From the NCBI GenBank assembly GCA_024137785.1, contig JAHRHZ010000058.1, forward strand, positions 17,562,599 to 17,626,598: a stretch of 64,000 nucleotides of DNA. The letters run 5' to 3'. The position numbers and the translations under genes are program-made. Position 1 is the stretch's first letter. Every line of letters begins with the position of its first letter. Below, piece by piece: positions 1 to 13,798 of the stretch. The notes under the pieces were generated by a model. It made no database searches. It was given only the letters and a program-made list of their open reading frames with translations, and was not told the DNA's origin. Origin of the DNA: Ginglymostoma cirratum (lineage: Eukaryota).

Positions 1-99
1 AATATTGAGTTAGAAAATCATTATGTATTACGACATCATTTCTATAAAAACTTGCTGTATGTTTTTTATGAAATCTCTTTTGTACTTATTACATTTTAG

Positions 100-261
100 G
101 TTCTCCATTGCTGAATGACCGTACTGGACAAGTTCGTATTGTCTCTGGAGGACGACAGCTCCAAATCTCAAATGCTAAAACATCCGACAGTGCATCCTAC
201 ACTTGTGTGGCATCTAATATCGCTGGAAATAGCATAAAGGAATACACTGTGGAGGTTTATG
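100..261 (+). CDS. HMCN1: HMCN1 exon (Ig C-terminal half), phase 1-1
   Basis: ttttag|GTTCTCCA...GTTTATG|gtattc; encodes (G)SPLLNDRTGQVRIVSGGRQLQISNAKTSDSASYTCVASNIAGNSIKEYTVEVY; 162 nt. Confidence 0.93.
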
Positions 262-392
262 GTATTCACAAAACTTGGCCTTAGCTGATTTTTTTGTGAA
301 TGTAAAGTTACCTTCGCGTTGTTACTAACCCTATACCGGTTAATACGTGGGGACATTTCATCATTATTCTTGACCTTTACTAAAACATATTA

Positions 393-743
393 GGGGCACC
401 ATTGTGGCTCAGCGGTTAGCACTGCTGCCTCACAGTGCCTGGGTTCAATTGCACCCTCGGACAACTGTTTGCACATTCTCCCTGTGTCTGCATGGGTTTC
501 GGCTGGGTGCTCTGATTTCCTCCCACAATCCAAAGATGTGAAGTTTCAGTGCAGTAGCCATGCTAAATTGCCTGTAGTGTCCAGGGGTGTGTACTTTAGG
601 TGGATTAGCCATGGGAAATGCAGGGTTACATACGGAAAGGGTAGGAGAATGGGTCTGTGTGGGATGCTGTTCAGAGAGGTGGTTTAGACTTGTTGGGCTG
701 ATTGGCCTGTTTCCACGCTGTAGGAATTCTGTGATTCTATGAT
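393..743 (+). mobile_element. tRNA-derived V-SINE (HE1-like)
   Basis: A/B-box head gtggctcagcggttagcactgctgcctcacag...gggttcaatt; V-core cattctccctgtgtctgcatgggtttc...ctcccacaatccaaagatgtg; gattctat tail repeats. Confidence 0.85.
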
Positions 744-775
744 ATTGTGAAACAGCAAACCAGCAATAAAAATAT

Positions 776-985
776 CGAAGATACCACGAACTGCAAATGC
801 TAGAGTCAGAGTCAACACAGTATGGAGCTGGAGGGACACAGTTGGTCAGGCAGCATCAGAGCCGCAGGAAAGTCAATGTTTCGGGTTGGGACCCTTTTTG
901 TTCTGAAGAAGGGTCCCAACCTGAAACATCGACTTTCCTGCACCTCTGATGCTGCCTGACCTGCTGTTTTCCTCCAGCTCCACGA
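776..985. mobile_element. Palindromic mini-PLE (two inverted 3' tails + hammerhead)
   Basis: Arms such as ggtcaggcagcatcaga / tctgatgctgcctgacc are centred near 898. Candidate TSD CAATAAAAATAT (764-775) / CAATAACAATAT (986-997). Confidence 0.8.
900..933 (+). ncRNA. Minimal hammerhead ribozyme-like motif, third subfamily
   Basis: gtt-CTGAAGA-a-GGGT(CCCA)ACCT-GAAA-c-ATC^gac. Confidence 0.6.
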
Positions 986-2274
986 CAATAACAATATAGT
1001 CTGTGTGTATCGGATCTTTAATAGAACAATTGGATAGCCCACGTTGGCTTCAGCAACAGGCCTGAATGAACTTTTAATTCTTTTGCCTGCTTCTTGGGGA
1101 TATATAGCCTTGCTGCACCTTGGCTTTGACACCATACCAAATCTTGCCTCCGGGAAAGTGGCCCAGGGCCAGATGGAGCCAAGGAGCTGCCACACTGGCT
1201 AGCATCTGTCTGTATTCCAGGTCCCAACAGGGTTTCAAAATCCTTCATTTGATGCTATTCATGGAAAGAAATGCTGTAACACTATTATTATGATTTTTAA
1301 TCCGAATGGGGCATGTTAAAGTTTCTTTAGTCAGACAAGTACATGTTCCTTTCGATTACACTTATGCAGCATCTTTGTACAATTTTCACCCTGCAGGTGC
1401 TACCTTTGTCTTGTACTCTTAGTATTTTTGGGAACTAAAAAGAAATGAGTTAGCATGGTCAATATCCAGTTGGCCCCAATTAGAAAGCAAATACCTAAAA
1501 TTTTATGTTAATTTATGGAGGATCCTTAATAGCCAGGTAAGTATTGATATCAACCAATGTCATTCTAAACTAAGCTTATAAAGTCAGAGGTTCAACCTGT
1601 GGTCAACGCTAAATCACCTGATGTCTGCGAGGACAACAATACAGGCACTAGAATCAACTTCGGTGCGCGAGGGAAAAGATAGTTGCATCTCTAATTAGTG
1701 ATCATTGTGTGATAACCTTAATTTGACTTGAAAAACAGAGAAAAGATGCCAGGACACATATAACCCACAGGATTTATAACCTTTTAATATTTATACTAGA
1801 AGAACAGATGTTAGTGAGTGAGGTAGAGAGAAAAGAAGAGCCATTTATAGTTTCAATAGTTATTTAGAAAAGAAATATTCAGATATTATCAACTTGATCT
1901 TCATTAGCATGCAAGCATCCAAATAATATTTGGCATCTTTTTAATAAAATGAAGGGTAAGTCTGGAGTGTGGCCGTTCTGAAGTGAGAAACAATTTAAGC
2001 AATCTCTTTTAATTGCAGTACAGTAAATAACTCTCTTTCTCTCCATGTTTATCACAATTCGCAAAAATATCTAATGTAAATTTGCCACGTGAATCACACA
2101 TCAAGGGATTCAGGAGTGAACTATAATTTGAATCACATAGTTGTCCTTTTCACTCTTTAGCAATCAAAATGTTCAGAATGAAAAATTGACTTGCATAATG
2201 TGATTGAAACAGTGATAAAATTTTGTTCCCCTGTGAAATATTATTTAGTTGTTGAATTTTTTATTGCTTAACAG

Positions 2275-2556
2275 TCCGGCCAACTATTAGTAATAGTGGA
2301 AGTCGCCTGAATGAAGTCGCTGTTATTCGGGGGAATGACATTACCTTAGAGTGTAAGACCCAAGGAATTCCTCGTCCTGCACTGACATGGATGAAAGATG
2401 GCCGTCCTCTTGTGAATAGCAAAAGAGTGAGCATCCTGAATGATGGACAGCTACTACGGGTTCAGAATGCACAGATTTTTGACACTGGCCGCTATGTGTG
2501 TGTGGCTGAGAGTGTAGCAGGACAGGTTGATAAGAAATATGACCTCAACGTAAATG
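2275..2556 (+). CDS. HMCN1: HMCN1 exon (complete Ig domain), phase 1-1
   Basis: taacag|TCCGGCCA...GTAAATG|gtaagt; VRPTISNSGSRLNEVAVIRGNDITLECKTQGIPRPALTWMKDG...DTGRYVCVAESVAGQVDKKYDLNVN; 282 nt. Confidence 0.95.
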
Positions 2557-4200
2557 GTAAGTAGAAATTTAATGCATCTACTAGTTAAATTGAAGTGATC
2601 CTGTGGTCTGTATATTTAAAATATGATACATCAAAGTTTTTCAACATCGTGGAATGCACCGACATGGATTCCTAATTGCCACTACATGTTAGCTGTTTTC
2701 CTCAATGGTCATATCACTGATAATGAAATTTAGCAATAAAAATCTTTTATAAATTATTTCTTATTATTTTTCAAACAAAATTCCCACTGGCTTTTTGTTT
2801 TAAAACAACCAAAACTTTGTACATACATTTAGCCAGTTAGTTCCTAGCCTGAACCAATCCAAGGAACAATGGGAGCATTTATTTTGACGTTGAGAGTCTG
2901 GAATTTAGATACCTGAAAGATCTAAGTAATCCCCTATTTTGCCAATATTTCCAAACAATATTCAATACTACCTGAATAATGAGGAGCCATGTTTGCGTCT
3001 TTCTATCTGGAAGAAGGACCAATTTCAAGAAACATGAAAGTAACTTAACTTTTTTGACAGCATAGAGTGAATTCAGAATATAAGGGTCTGACTTGCTGCA
3101 TTGGCAATTGAAAAGTTTAAAGTGGCACTAATGGAAGACATGCATTTGGTTATGAATTATCCAAGTACTAGATTATTAGGGACAAATATTCTAGTTGGAG
3201 TTCAGGGAACTTTGTAGAATGTGATGAGAAGAATCAAATACAAACATTTCAATCATGGACATTTATTTACAGGTCTACATGTGTGGCAGTTGACCACATT
3301 CTAAACTTTGTCTGGCTAGAATGTTCTCATTTTATGATGTTGTGATCCCAGCTGATGTTAAGAGACAAGGCAGATTCCAGATTTTAACCTGGATTCATAG
3401 ATCTTTTTGTTTTAATTTTAATTAACAAGGCAGTCACACGGGGCTTTAGTACACAAACAGAGTCTTGTTACCCAAACGATGAAAACAAAGCTAAAACCAA
3501 GCCATCTGGATATAGAACACAATTAGAAAAATCTTAAAACGTCTGGCTAGAAAATGTTTCAACCTACATTCCAACACCATCAGTTTACAGTGCTTCAAAC
3601 CCAGAGAAATGACACCTGAACATTAAATATTGAGGTTTGATTTGACTGATTCTCCTCATTTTTAACCTGTGAACTGTGAAGGTGTTTCACATGAATATTC
3701 ACAAAACTGTGAGCTTAGACTTTCTCAGCTTCTAATCACCTATAGATTTCTAACCAAACACTCCTCGTCTAGAAATTACACCAACAAAAAATTTTCTACT
3801 GAAGTAACTTATTGCTTTAATTATTCAGGGGCAGGGTGGGGTCAGAGGTAAGAATATCTACTTTCTAGGAGTAGGATTATCCTTAACTTTCAGTCAGGCC
3901 CCTTCTGAACTGTTCTAAAACCTTTCGACCTCTGAGTTTTCTAAACTAAAAATCAATTGTTGATTATTCCAAACTGAAACAAGTTAATCGCCTTCAATGC
4001 TTGTCGGCCATAAATCATCCAAGTGTGAACAAATTTCCATTAACACTTCAGAGATCTGAAATCACTTGTTCTCTGACACATACTGAATTTGGTCACAGTT
4101 CCAGAAGGACTGTAAACACTTCACAAAAGTAACTGGCACCCAGGTGCCACTATTTTGAAAAATGATTTTATAATGTGCATGATATATGATATATATTTAT

Positions 4201-4202
<2 letters not shown>

Positions 4203-4250
<48 letters not shown>
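4203..4250. repeat. (TG)n microsatellite preceded by (AT)-rich repeats
   Basis: tgtgtgtg... with two tgtt interruptions. Confidence 0.95.
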
Positions 4251-4251
<1 letters not shown>

Positions 4252-5067
4252 CCCAATCTTTATCATGCTGTAAACAGAGAGAGAGAAAGACATAAAATCA
4301 AACACTTCTCAAAAATCAAGGCAAAAAATTTGGAAAGAGTCCTCCTGACTGCACTTATGTAATACATAGTCATTAGTTTTAGAGCAACATTTGAAATATA
4401 GTAATGTATGTCAATGATGATCATATGACTCTGACATCAACCATCAAGATTAAGGTAAGATATCAGACTAAGAATTGCACGTGAAGAGATCAGTCTTGGA
4501 TACCAGACCAAAGTGCTGTATGTAGAAATTTGCAACGTACAGATGTAAATAAGAGAGTATTACAGTATATCAGGGGTGGAAGAACCTTACTTAAAGAACC
4601 AGTCGCCTCTAGCAGAGTATATATGTAGACACCAACAGCACGGAGATAGACCTAACTATGTTAGGGAGCAGTATTAACATAAAATAAGACAACATTGTCC
4701 TACCATTTTATGTGAGATGTCTTTGTGATGCAAAGAAATCTGAAGAAAGGAAAACAAATTAGAGTATTAAATGTGAGAAATCTTTTTGACTCAGTAGTGT
4801 AGGAATAGTGAGTTATCAACGACCTCAGTTCAGTCCTGACCTTTGAGGTATTAATCAATTATTGGCATAATAATATGCAATGTACTTAACCTTTAAGGTT
4901 ATCTGGCAAAGCATTGAAGCATTCATTGGTGCTATTATTATTCACATTGAAACTATTTTATAGAGATAGAGTTTTTGTTTCATTTTGATTAATGGTCGAT
5001 TAATTGTAAAAATGTAATTGATTATCTATTTGTTTCCATCAGTTGATTTTCAAATCTTTTCTCTTAG

Positions 5068-5235
5068 TGCCACCAAGTATTAATGGAGCCCAGAGAGTAC
5101 CAGAGAACATCAGTGTCGTGGTTAACAATCCTGTGGTGTTGACCTGTGAAGCCTCTGGCATCCCTCTTCCATCGATCACTTGGTTGAAAAACGGACAGCC
5201 AATCAGCCTGAACAAGGCTTTCAGAATTCTCTCCG
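5068..5235 (+). CDS. HMCN1: HMCN1 exon (Ig N-half), phase 1-1
   Basis: tcttag|TGCCACCA...CTCTCCG|gtaagc; VPPSINGAQRVPENISVVVNNPVVLTCEASGIPLPSITWLKNGQPISLNKAFRILS; 168 nt. Confidence 0.95.
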
Positions 5236-5639
5236 GTAAGCATGATACAAGTGACTATCATTTACGTTTGTACTTTTACAAAAGAACGCTACAAAATTGT
5301 GTAAGCTGTGCCTTGCACAATAACTAAACAATTCAAGAATCTATTAATATACATATATCTAAGAGAGGATAATTGCCAGGGAACAGGAGCCATTTTGACT
5401 ATGATCAAAAGCATATAATGCTGTTTTTGGAGAACTCTAAATTTAACCTTTTTCTAACTTTTTTCCCAATTGCACTGTTGACATAACTGCAACTATAGTT
5501 TTTTTTTTCTTCTGTGGCATATTTTCTCCTCGTGAAAAGAAACATTGTTCCTACCTAATTGTTGATTTATTGGAAGTATTCGAACATTGACATATTTTAA
5601 GTTCAAACAAAATGGACGCATATGACAGATGCCAGATTC

Positions 5640-6890
5640 AGAATAGAAATAAGAATCAAAATTTTAAATGAAGTGAAAAATTTAAAAGAAATAAAAAGTG
5701 GAAGAAGGAATTGACTGCTGACATAAAAGAAAATCCTAAAGTCCTGTAAAGGACATATTTAAAAGGAAAAAGATGGTAAAAGGAGAGGAGTCTGGCTAAT
5801 TTAAGGCCCAAAAGGGACATTTTGCATGGAAGCAAGATATATGCCTGAGCTTTAACAGGAGGATCTTGCATTTGTGTTTACAAAAGAAGATGATGCTACC
5901 AAGGTCAGAGTGAAGGAGAGGTTAAAGCAGACTACTGCAGATGCTGGAATCTGTACTAAAAACAAGAAGTGCTGGAAATCGCGGCAGGTCACGCATGAGA
6001 GAGAGAGAGCAAGCTAACATTTTGAACCTAAATGACTCTTTATCAGAGATGATCAAGTGTCATCTAGACTTAGATTGCTTTCTGTCTCCATGGATGCTGC
6101 TTGTCCCACTGTGATTTCCAGCACTACTTGTTTTCAGTGAAAGAGAAGCTAGTCGAAACATCGGATGAATTAAAAATTGATAGAGGTACATTAGATAGGC
6201 TGAAGGTATTGGAGGAAGTAAGAGTGGGAAATGTGGAAGCAATGACCATGATCTTCCATTCCTCCTTAGTTACAGGAATGGCCACAAGAATGGGCAATTC
6301 CAATTGTTCAAAACATGGATGTGAAGATATGCCCAGCAACTATACGTCCATCAGTTTAAACTTGGTGGTAGGAAAGCTTTCAGGAATGATGATTTGAGAC
6401 AAAATTAAGAGTTATTTTGTCAACTGTGAATTAAGTTAGGCCAAACAAGTTTAGATTTGCTAAGGGGACTTCGTGTTTACCTAACTCAATGGAATTTTCC
6501 AAAGTAGGTTGATGAGAGACTAGGGGAAGGTATATGGTGGAATTCCCCAGTGGTCTGTTTCTGGACGACTGCTCTCCTTGATCTGTATTAATGACTTGAA
6601 CTTGGGTGTGTAGGGTGTAATTTTAAAGTTTGCAGATGATACAAAACTTGTAAGTATCAAAAAAATTGCAGAGAATAGTGATGGACTTCAAGAGGATGTC
6701 AACAGGCTGGTGGAATGGGCAAACACATGACAGATACAAGTTAACACAGCGAAGTGTGGTAGGAAGAATGGAGAAGTAATATAAAATAAAGGGTACAATT
6801 CTAAAGGTATTGCAGAAGCAGAGGGATCTAGGGGTACGTGTACAGAAGTCACTGAAGCTAGCAGAGCTGGTTGACCATACAGTTAGCAAG
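5640..6890 (+). mobile_element. Degenerate CR1-type LINE ORF2 fragment (internally deleted)
   Basis: NYRPVSL-like ccagcaactatacgtccatcagttt, SCLTNL-like tcgtgtttacctaactc, FADD-like aagtttgcagatgatacaaaac. Confidence 0.75.
5925..6135. mobile_element. Palindromic mini-PLE inserted into a CR1 fragment
   Basis: ctgcagatgctggaatc tail; arms aagtgctggaaatc / gatttccagcact; decayed hammerhead at centre. TSD AGTGAAGGAGAGGTTA (5909-5924) / AGTGAAAGAGAAGCTA (6136-6151), 13/16. Confidence 0.75.
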
Positions 6891-7469
6891 CCTGTCAGAT
6901 CTGCGATGTTCAGTTGTAAGACCTAAGTCAATTACAATTATACACATAGTCTGAGGATGCCAATCTAAAAGATCCTTTGGTCTTGATGAGTTACAAGATC
7001 ACTTCGGGTACATGTATGTTTTAGAATTTTCACAAAATTATTAAGTTTATTACGATAACCACGGAAGAATGATACTTAATGAGGCACTGGTTCCTTTAGT
7101 TCAGAGCACCAGCTGGCTGGGTGCGTGCCTCTCATTCTGTTGAATGAATTTGATGTTTTTGCATATCTAACCACTAGAAGTTACTGCTTGCTAGCTTCTT
7201 TCCTGTAAAGCATCCTGAATTCTGGCTTACCAATGCATGAGAACCACAAGATCAATCTTAGTTAGGTGAAGCAGTGTGTGCCTAATCAATGATTGGTTTC
7301 TTAAATGTGATGGCCATCTTACCACTATCATTTCCAACTAACTCCTGATAAGTTCCCTAAAATGTCAGTCATTTTATAGAAGTGTATTTTTCCTTACAGC
7401 TTATCTCTATTAATAGAATCGTAAACTTTGTAACCTGTTACAAAGATAAAGGGGCAGCATCAACATACT

Positions 7470-7715
7470 AAGTAAAAACCAAAAGAACTGTGGATGCTGT
7501 AAATCAGGAACAAGAACAGAAGTTGCTGGAAATGCTCAGCAGGTCTGGCAGCATCTGTGAAGAAAAAAATCAGAGTTGACGTTTCTGGTCGAGTGACCCT
7601 TTCTGAGAGGGGTCAGTCCTGAGGAAGGGACACTGGACCCAAAACGTTAACTCTGATTGTTTTTTCTTCATGGATGCTGCCAGACCTGCTGAGCTTTTCC
7701 AGCACCTTCTGTTTT
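7470..7715. mobile_element. Palindromic mini-PLE
   Basis: Arms gctcagcaggtctggcagcatc / gatgctgccagacctgctgagc; CTGAGGA...AAAACGTT decayed hammerhead. TSD AGCATCAACATACT (7456-7469) / AGCACCAAAATATT (7716-7729), 11/14. Confidence 0.8.
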
Positions 7716-8399
7716 AGCACCAAAATATTTGGAGGAAATGTAGTGTGACATCCTAATGATTAATATCACGCCAAACGTCGAATAGATTCATCTGAAGAAT
7801 TCCGGAGCTTTAATTAAAAGAACTATTTTTTCATGTGTAACTTCACAATAACTGCTGCTGCTTTTAACTAAAAAGTAACCTTCTTTGACACCTAAGTGTC
7901 ACCTTACCTAGAATCGCACCTTATCACTTTTGTACAGCCCGGATTGCCTTACAAAGTCATTGTTTAAAACTATTCACAGGTCTTCATTCCAAAGCAATAT
8001 ATACCCATTAAGCTGTTGTATGTTTTAACACTTTCTCTTTTGAACCAATAAAATTACAAAACCATTCCAGGACATGCAACCGTGTTGTCAAATAAAGAAA
8101 CTGGTTTATTTCAAAACATTTTCACATTTATAGGAGATCATATCATTGAATTTTCTCCAACACCAAGTTTATTAGCCAGGGTCATATGGCCATGTAGTCA
8201 ATCTCACCTTCAATACAGCTTGCAGCCACAGTCAAAGATCTACGTGCTTTTGACACCAGTTTCTTGTTCTTACAACAATTGAACAAAATATAATATTAAT
8301 TCCTCACCTACTTAAATGTTACATATAACAAAATAAAACTAATTATTGAAAAATCAACTCAATCCTACAAAGCCTGCAGAATGCTAAGCATTATACGTA

Positions 8400-8800
8400 G
8401 TGACACAGAGGACTAAATCAATATTATTGTGAACCTTTTACAAAGCATTGTTTGGTTTCAACTGGAATCCTATGTCTAATTCTGGTCACTACACTTAAGA
8501 AAAGATATGAAAGCTTTCAAGAGAGTGCAAAAAAGATGCAAAAGAATGGTTCCAGAGATGAAACACTTTGGTGAAGTGGATAGAATGGAGATGCTGAACT
8601 GTGCACCTCATAGAAATGAAACGTCAAGGACAGATCTGGTAAAGAGCCAGGAACCAGAGGAGGTAATTTGGTAATTGGAAAATTAAGCAATGATGACGTG
8701 ACATACTTTTTTCTCTGTACAGTGTGTGATTAGGATCTAGAATGCTCTGCCTGTACCTGTGGTGGAGGCAGATTCATTAGTGATTGGATTATCTTCAGGG
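8400..8800 (+). mobile_element. CR1 3' fragment
   Basis: ctggaatcctatgtctaattctggtcactacac...gagagtgcaaaaaagatgcaaaagaatggttccag (LEYCVQFW/ERVQRRFTRM-like). Confidence 0.65.
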
Positions 8801-9059
8801 AACAGAGTATATATATATGCAGTCCTTGCATCCTATAGTTAAATGGGTGGGGCAAAATCAATAGCACTATTTCCCTGTGCTAGTTGTGCAAGGGACTGCC
8901 ACTCATTACTTGGCTTCAACAGACACAACAAGCAATGTTCAGTACAGAATAGACATATGCCCTGGCTGCTCTCCACCCTGAAACTGTTGAATACCATCAC
9001 AATTTACTTTTCTATTTATCTTTGTACCATGAGTAAATTTGGCAACCATACCTCCCTCT

Positions 9060-9800
9060 GTCATTTACATAAATTGTAAACAGTTGAGGTTCCAGCATAA
9101 TCTCTGTGGCACACAACTCAATAAAACTTGCCAACCTGGAAAAGTCCCATTTAAGCTTACTCTTTGCTCACTGTTAGCCAGCCAGTCTTCTATCCATACT
9201 GATATGCTACTCTCTACATCACAAGCTTTTATCTTCCACAATAACCTTTGGTATGGGCACCTTATCAAATGCCTTCTGGAAATCTAAGTACTTCTACTGA
9301 TTCCCCTTTATCCACAGCATGTTACCTCCTCAAAGAACTTCAATAAATTGGTCAAACATGATTTCCCTATTAACAAACCATATTGACTCAGCCTGATTAC
9401 CTTGAACATTTCCAAGTGCCCTGCCATAATTTCTTTAATTATTCCTTCTAAAATATTCCCCATAACAAATGCTAAAGTAACTGGCCTATAGTTTCCTGCT
9501 TTCTGTCTCCTTTTTTTAAATAAAGGAGTTACATTGTCCAATCTAATGCAACTATCCCAAATGAAGGGAGCTTGGGGAAAATTAAAACCAATGCATTAAT
9601 TATTTAACTAGGCATTTAAAGCACCAGGATGAAGTCCATAAGGACTCAGGTACTTGTCAGACTATAGCTCCAACAACTTACTCTGCGCTACTTCTGTGGT
9701 GATTCCTCCCTTCCCTCCCTTCCATTTCTAAACTTATCATTGCTTCTGCAAAGTTACTTGCATCATCTTCATTATAGAGAATACAAAATACTCATTTGCC
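9060..9800 (-). mobile_element. CR1-type LINE RT fragment
   Basis: ORF 9308-9541: NVTPLFKK...GNYRPVTL...SQYG...GKSCLTNLLKFFEEVT; ORF 9065-9268: WIEDWL...QRV. Confidence 0.85.
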
Positions 9801-10479
9801 ATTTCCTTACTTTTCAAGGGGACAACTATTTTTATGTTCCTGGCTAACTTTGTAGAATGCTGATCCAAAGAAAAAGCAATTAAACATCAATCGTTCGCCA
9901 ATATGTTTAATTTTGAGACAGTACCAAGGAAATGTCCTTTCTTATCTATATTATAAATCCAGAATTTTGTACTGAATGCTATCTTTTCGAGTAGTGGACC
10001 ACTTCATTCAACTAAAACACTAATGGTACGTTTTTTCTTCATTCTTTCATGTTACCAAAATATGCTTTACAACCTACATAGCCTTGTTGCTATTACCACT
10101 GTCTAAAGGAAAGAATACATTCAGAAAAGATATACATTTAAACTGGACTACTTTAAGTACACTTATGAACAGGTGACTAGATGTGACTTGTATGTTAAAA
10201 TCAATTCCCCTCCTCTTGTTCATGTAAAAATGCATTTCGCTTAATCTCGGAGAATGTTTGCAAGCAGGTAAAAATGGCAGTCCATAAAATGTTCAGTGTG
10301 TAAGCAGTCAGATTTTTTTTTTAGGAATAGAAATTCAGGTGGAACGTGAACCCTTGCTCCCAGAGCACAAGCCCGTCAGCGCAGTACTAAGATGCCCACT
10401 CTTATTTGAGTACTTTGCTCTGAGAGCATTGCTTTTGCTTCCTGGGGTCTTCACTGTATCATGAGGGCTCTCCTTGTTT

Positions 10480-11200
10480 TTGTGGTAACTGGCTTAATTT
10501 TCACTCATTAAGCCTCCGACCAGCCAGCATTTCTCTGATCTCTTCTTCCTCTATGCAGTGAGTGCAGAGTATAGATGGTATCGTGCAGATGATCCCACTT
10601 TGACACAATGCTCTGGCCTTGAGGGTTGTTCTCCAAAAGAACCTGATTGAGGGTGTTGAGGATATCCTAGGACCTTTCTGGGTCAATGGTACAGCAAGGA
10701 CTGAGAATGACATTTCTTCTTGAGGTGGGATTTTTTCATTGGTCATCAGTAAGGCATGATCCTTGTGTTCCAGCTTGCAAGACAAAAGACTGGTGCCTTC
10801 TTTGTTGAATTAGTCTTGCGTAGATTAGTGACCCACCTATTGATGTTGAAGCAAGCAGGCAGTGGCAGAACAGGACTTAACAAATTGGGAATGCCCAACT
10901 TCAGGTGGGTGGGTCTCCTACCAACAGATGTAACCCTTGGTGCTTGTGTTCGTGCCTTATGCCAACTGAGTGAGCGCTCATCAGTGGTAACTGTTTCTTC
11001 ATCTGTCGTACTACTGTAAACCACCAAGTTTGAGTGTCCTTTCCAGGACACAGCCCGGGCAAGTAACTGTGGAGACCCCGAGTTGCCCAAGCATGCGGAT
11101 GACCCTTGTCAGCATTGCTATTGTGGTCCAAAGGAAAGGATGAAACCTGCAATTTTGGTATCAGCTCTGTTGCAGGAATTTCTAGAAAGCAGAACGACCG
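10480..11200 (-). mobile_element. RTE-like LINE 5' region (5'UTR + start of APE domain), degenerate
   Basis: ORF 10746-11090 ends ...KKAPVFCLASWNTR, typical of an APE N-terminus; downstream frames are broken. Confidence 0.5.
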
Positions 11201-11879
11201 ATGACAGATTATTGTCACTGGATTCTGTGCTCTGGGGCAATTCTCTGCCTTCAGCGTCTTCTCTCCTGTGATACCCATATTTACCCACAAATGGGGGATC
11301 TGGTTTGTAAGCATAAGGGAATAACAGTGCACCAGTGTGCCTGTATGCTACACAGCTGGGAGCCAGGCATCTTCTCAGTCTCCTGTATTTTAACTTGAGT
11401 TACCCAGTTAAATGTATATTGCCACAGGGAGGCTCTACATAGGACTTGCTGTTGACAAGTATGTATACTGGTGGGACTGATTATGCGCACAGTTTCTTTT
11501 CACATTAGCAATAAGTGAGAGCTGAAAGCAAAATGCGACAAGCAGACTAACCACTACACACCACACACTGTGCTAACATACTTGATGCATCTCATCAACT
11601 AGTGATACATTCAGTCCAGTGATTAACTGTATAAATACCTTTTTTTAAAAAATTAATAATTGTTATTAATTACAAATCAACCTCTATGGTCCAGGAAGTG
11701 AGCAATTGAAAGTGTAGTCTCATTCTTTCTGGATATGAATTGTTACTGAAAGTTTTAAATTTTATTTCTTGGTTTTTCTTTGCGTCTCTCACTGTAATCT
11801 TTCATTCTACCCACATATTTCTCTTCCTACAATTTGATAATGAAGTCACCCGCAACAATTAGTTGACAGTGCAAATAAA

Positions 11880-12910
11880 TGAATATTTTTCTGAATGGCA
11901 GGCAAATACTAGAGGGGTACTGCAGGGGTCAGTGCTTGGACCCTAGCAACTCACAATATATATTCATAATTTAGTTGAGGGAACTAAATATAATATCTTC
12001 AAGTTTGCCCAAGATACAAAGCTGAGTGGGAGGTTGAGCTATGAGGAGGATGCAGAGATGCTTCGGTGTGATTTGGACAAATTGAGAGAGTGGACAAATG
12101 CATGATCACTGAAGTATATGTGGATAAATGTGAGGTTATCTGCTATAGGAGCAAAGCAGGAGGGTAGATTATCTGAATGGTGAAAGATTGAGAAAAGGGG
12201 GAGGTGCAGCAAGACCTGGGCGTTCTTGTACACCAGTCACTGAAAGTAAATATGCACATTGTGGTAGGTAGTGAAGAAGACAAATGATATGTTGGCCTTC
12301 ATTGTGAGATAATTCAAGTACAGGAGCAGGAATATCTTGCTGCAATCGTACAGAGCCTTGTGAGACCACACCTGGAGTATTGTGTGCAGTTTTGGTCTCT
12401 TTCTCTGAAGAAGGATGTTCTTGCTATAGACGTGAGTGCAGCAAATGTTTACTAGACTGACTCTTGGGATAACGGGACTGATGTATGAAGAGAGACAGGT
12501 TTGGTTAGGGCTGTGTTGGCTGGAGGTTAGAAGTATGAGGGAGGATCCCATAGAAACAAATAAAATTCTAACATGAATAGACAGTGTAAATGCAGGAAGG
12601 ATATTTATGAAGACTGGAAAGTCCAGAAACAGGGGTTGAAAGATTACAGGGTAGGCCATTTAGGACTCGGATGAGGAGGAACTTTTTCACTCAGAGAATG
12701 TGAGCCTGTAAAATTCTTTATTACAGAAAGTGGTTGAGCCCAAATCATTGAATGTTTTCAGGAGTTAGATATAATTCTCAGGTCGAAAGGGATAAGAGAG
12801 TATCAGGAGAAAGCAGGAAAAGGGTACTGATTTTGGATGATCTGCCTTGGTCGTGTTGAATGGCAGAGCAGGTTCAAAGGGCAGAATGGCCTACTCCTGT
12901 TTCTATGTGT
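11880..12910 (+). mobile_element. CR1-type LINE 3' end
   Basis: ggggtactgcaggggtcagtgcttggaccc (GVPQGSVLGP), ctggagtattgtgtgcagttttgg, 3'UTR gcagaatggcctactcctgtttctatgt. Confidence 0.88.
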
Positions 12911-13684
12911 CTTGCTCTTTGAGTGTTGTTGAGAGTTGACATCAAGTCATGAGTGTAATAGAATTTTCTTAGATGCATGTCTAATGATAACAGTGCAGCA
13001 TCATTTTTTTTGCATATATTACTAGGTTTTCTATTACTCCAGCATAAGCAAACCATTTAACTGGTGTGTATTTTTAAGTATTATTTGCACAGAGCCCACA
13101 TCTGGTGAGGTGTTCCGCCAGATCAGCCCCTGGTGAGGTGTTCCGCTGGGCCAGAATATCTCCCAAGTAGTGAGTCTGTCACTACAATTTACAATTAGTC
13201 TTGCATTTAAACCTAACCTCTTCTGGATAACTTCGAGCATCAATTCAGTGCAAAATGAGCTCATCAGGTTTTTGTGAAACGTGCAAGAGGAAATATCAAG
13301 CACATAAAATATTACAGCTAATTAACTGACATGGTGAACACCACTTGTTGATACAGACCACTATATAAATAAGAACTGATATGGCCAAGTTTAATGGTGG
13401 TGACTTTATGTCTACATTATATATAGTAGAAGTGGTTCATTGTTTGTGCAAAGTGAATTATTTTAATGTTGTATTCCTTTGTGGCTATATGGCATAGAAT
13501 TTAACTGCTTTTTGGGATTAACTAAAATAATTACATTCCTAAATAACAATGTAATTGTTTGTTACTTTGACCCCAACTGAATTTTTCAAGAAGCTGTACA
13601 AACACTGTGCTGTATTGCAATTATTTTTATATCCTTTTTTAATTACCAACCTCATGTAACATTTGAACTTTAATTTTCCCACAG

Positions 13685-13798
13685 GAGGTTGGATACTGCG
13701 CTTGATGCATCCTGCAGTGGAAGACTCGGGGCAATACTCCTGTGTGGTTACAAATGCTGCAGGAGAAGACAGCAAGAGCTTTAACCTTGATGTCTTAG
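13685..13798 (+). CDS. HMCN1: HMCN1 exon (Ig C-half), phase 1-1
   Basis: ccacag|GAGGTTGG...GTCTTAG|gtatgg; GGWILRLMHPAVEDSGQYSCVVTNAAGEDSKSFNLDVL; 114 nt. Confidence 0.93.

Noticed and set aside
393-470. tRNA genes at SINE heads (also 38256, 39797, 56440)
   Set aside because: A/B boxes run directly into SINE bodies and tails; no complete cloverleaf.
3339-4150. Possible LTR remnants (also 6890-7442)
   Set aside because: TG starts and minus-strand polyA-like signals are present, but I could not find convincing termini or TSDs.
7470-7715. Palindromes as DNA-transposon MITEs or miRNA hairpins
   Set aside because: Arms are asymmetric, TSDs are long and variable (10-16 bp), and the sequence is homologous to the PLE 3' tail and hammerhead.
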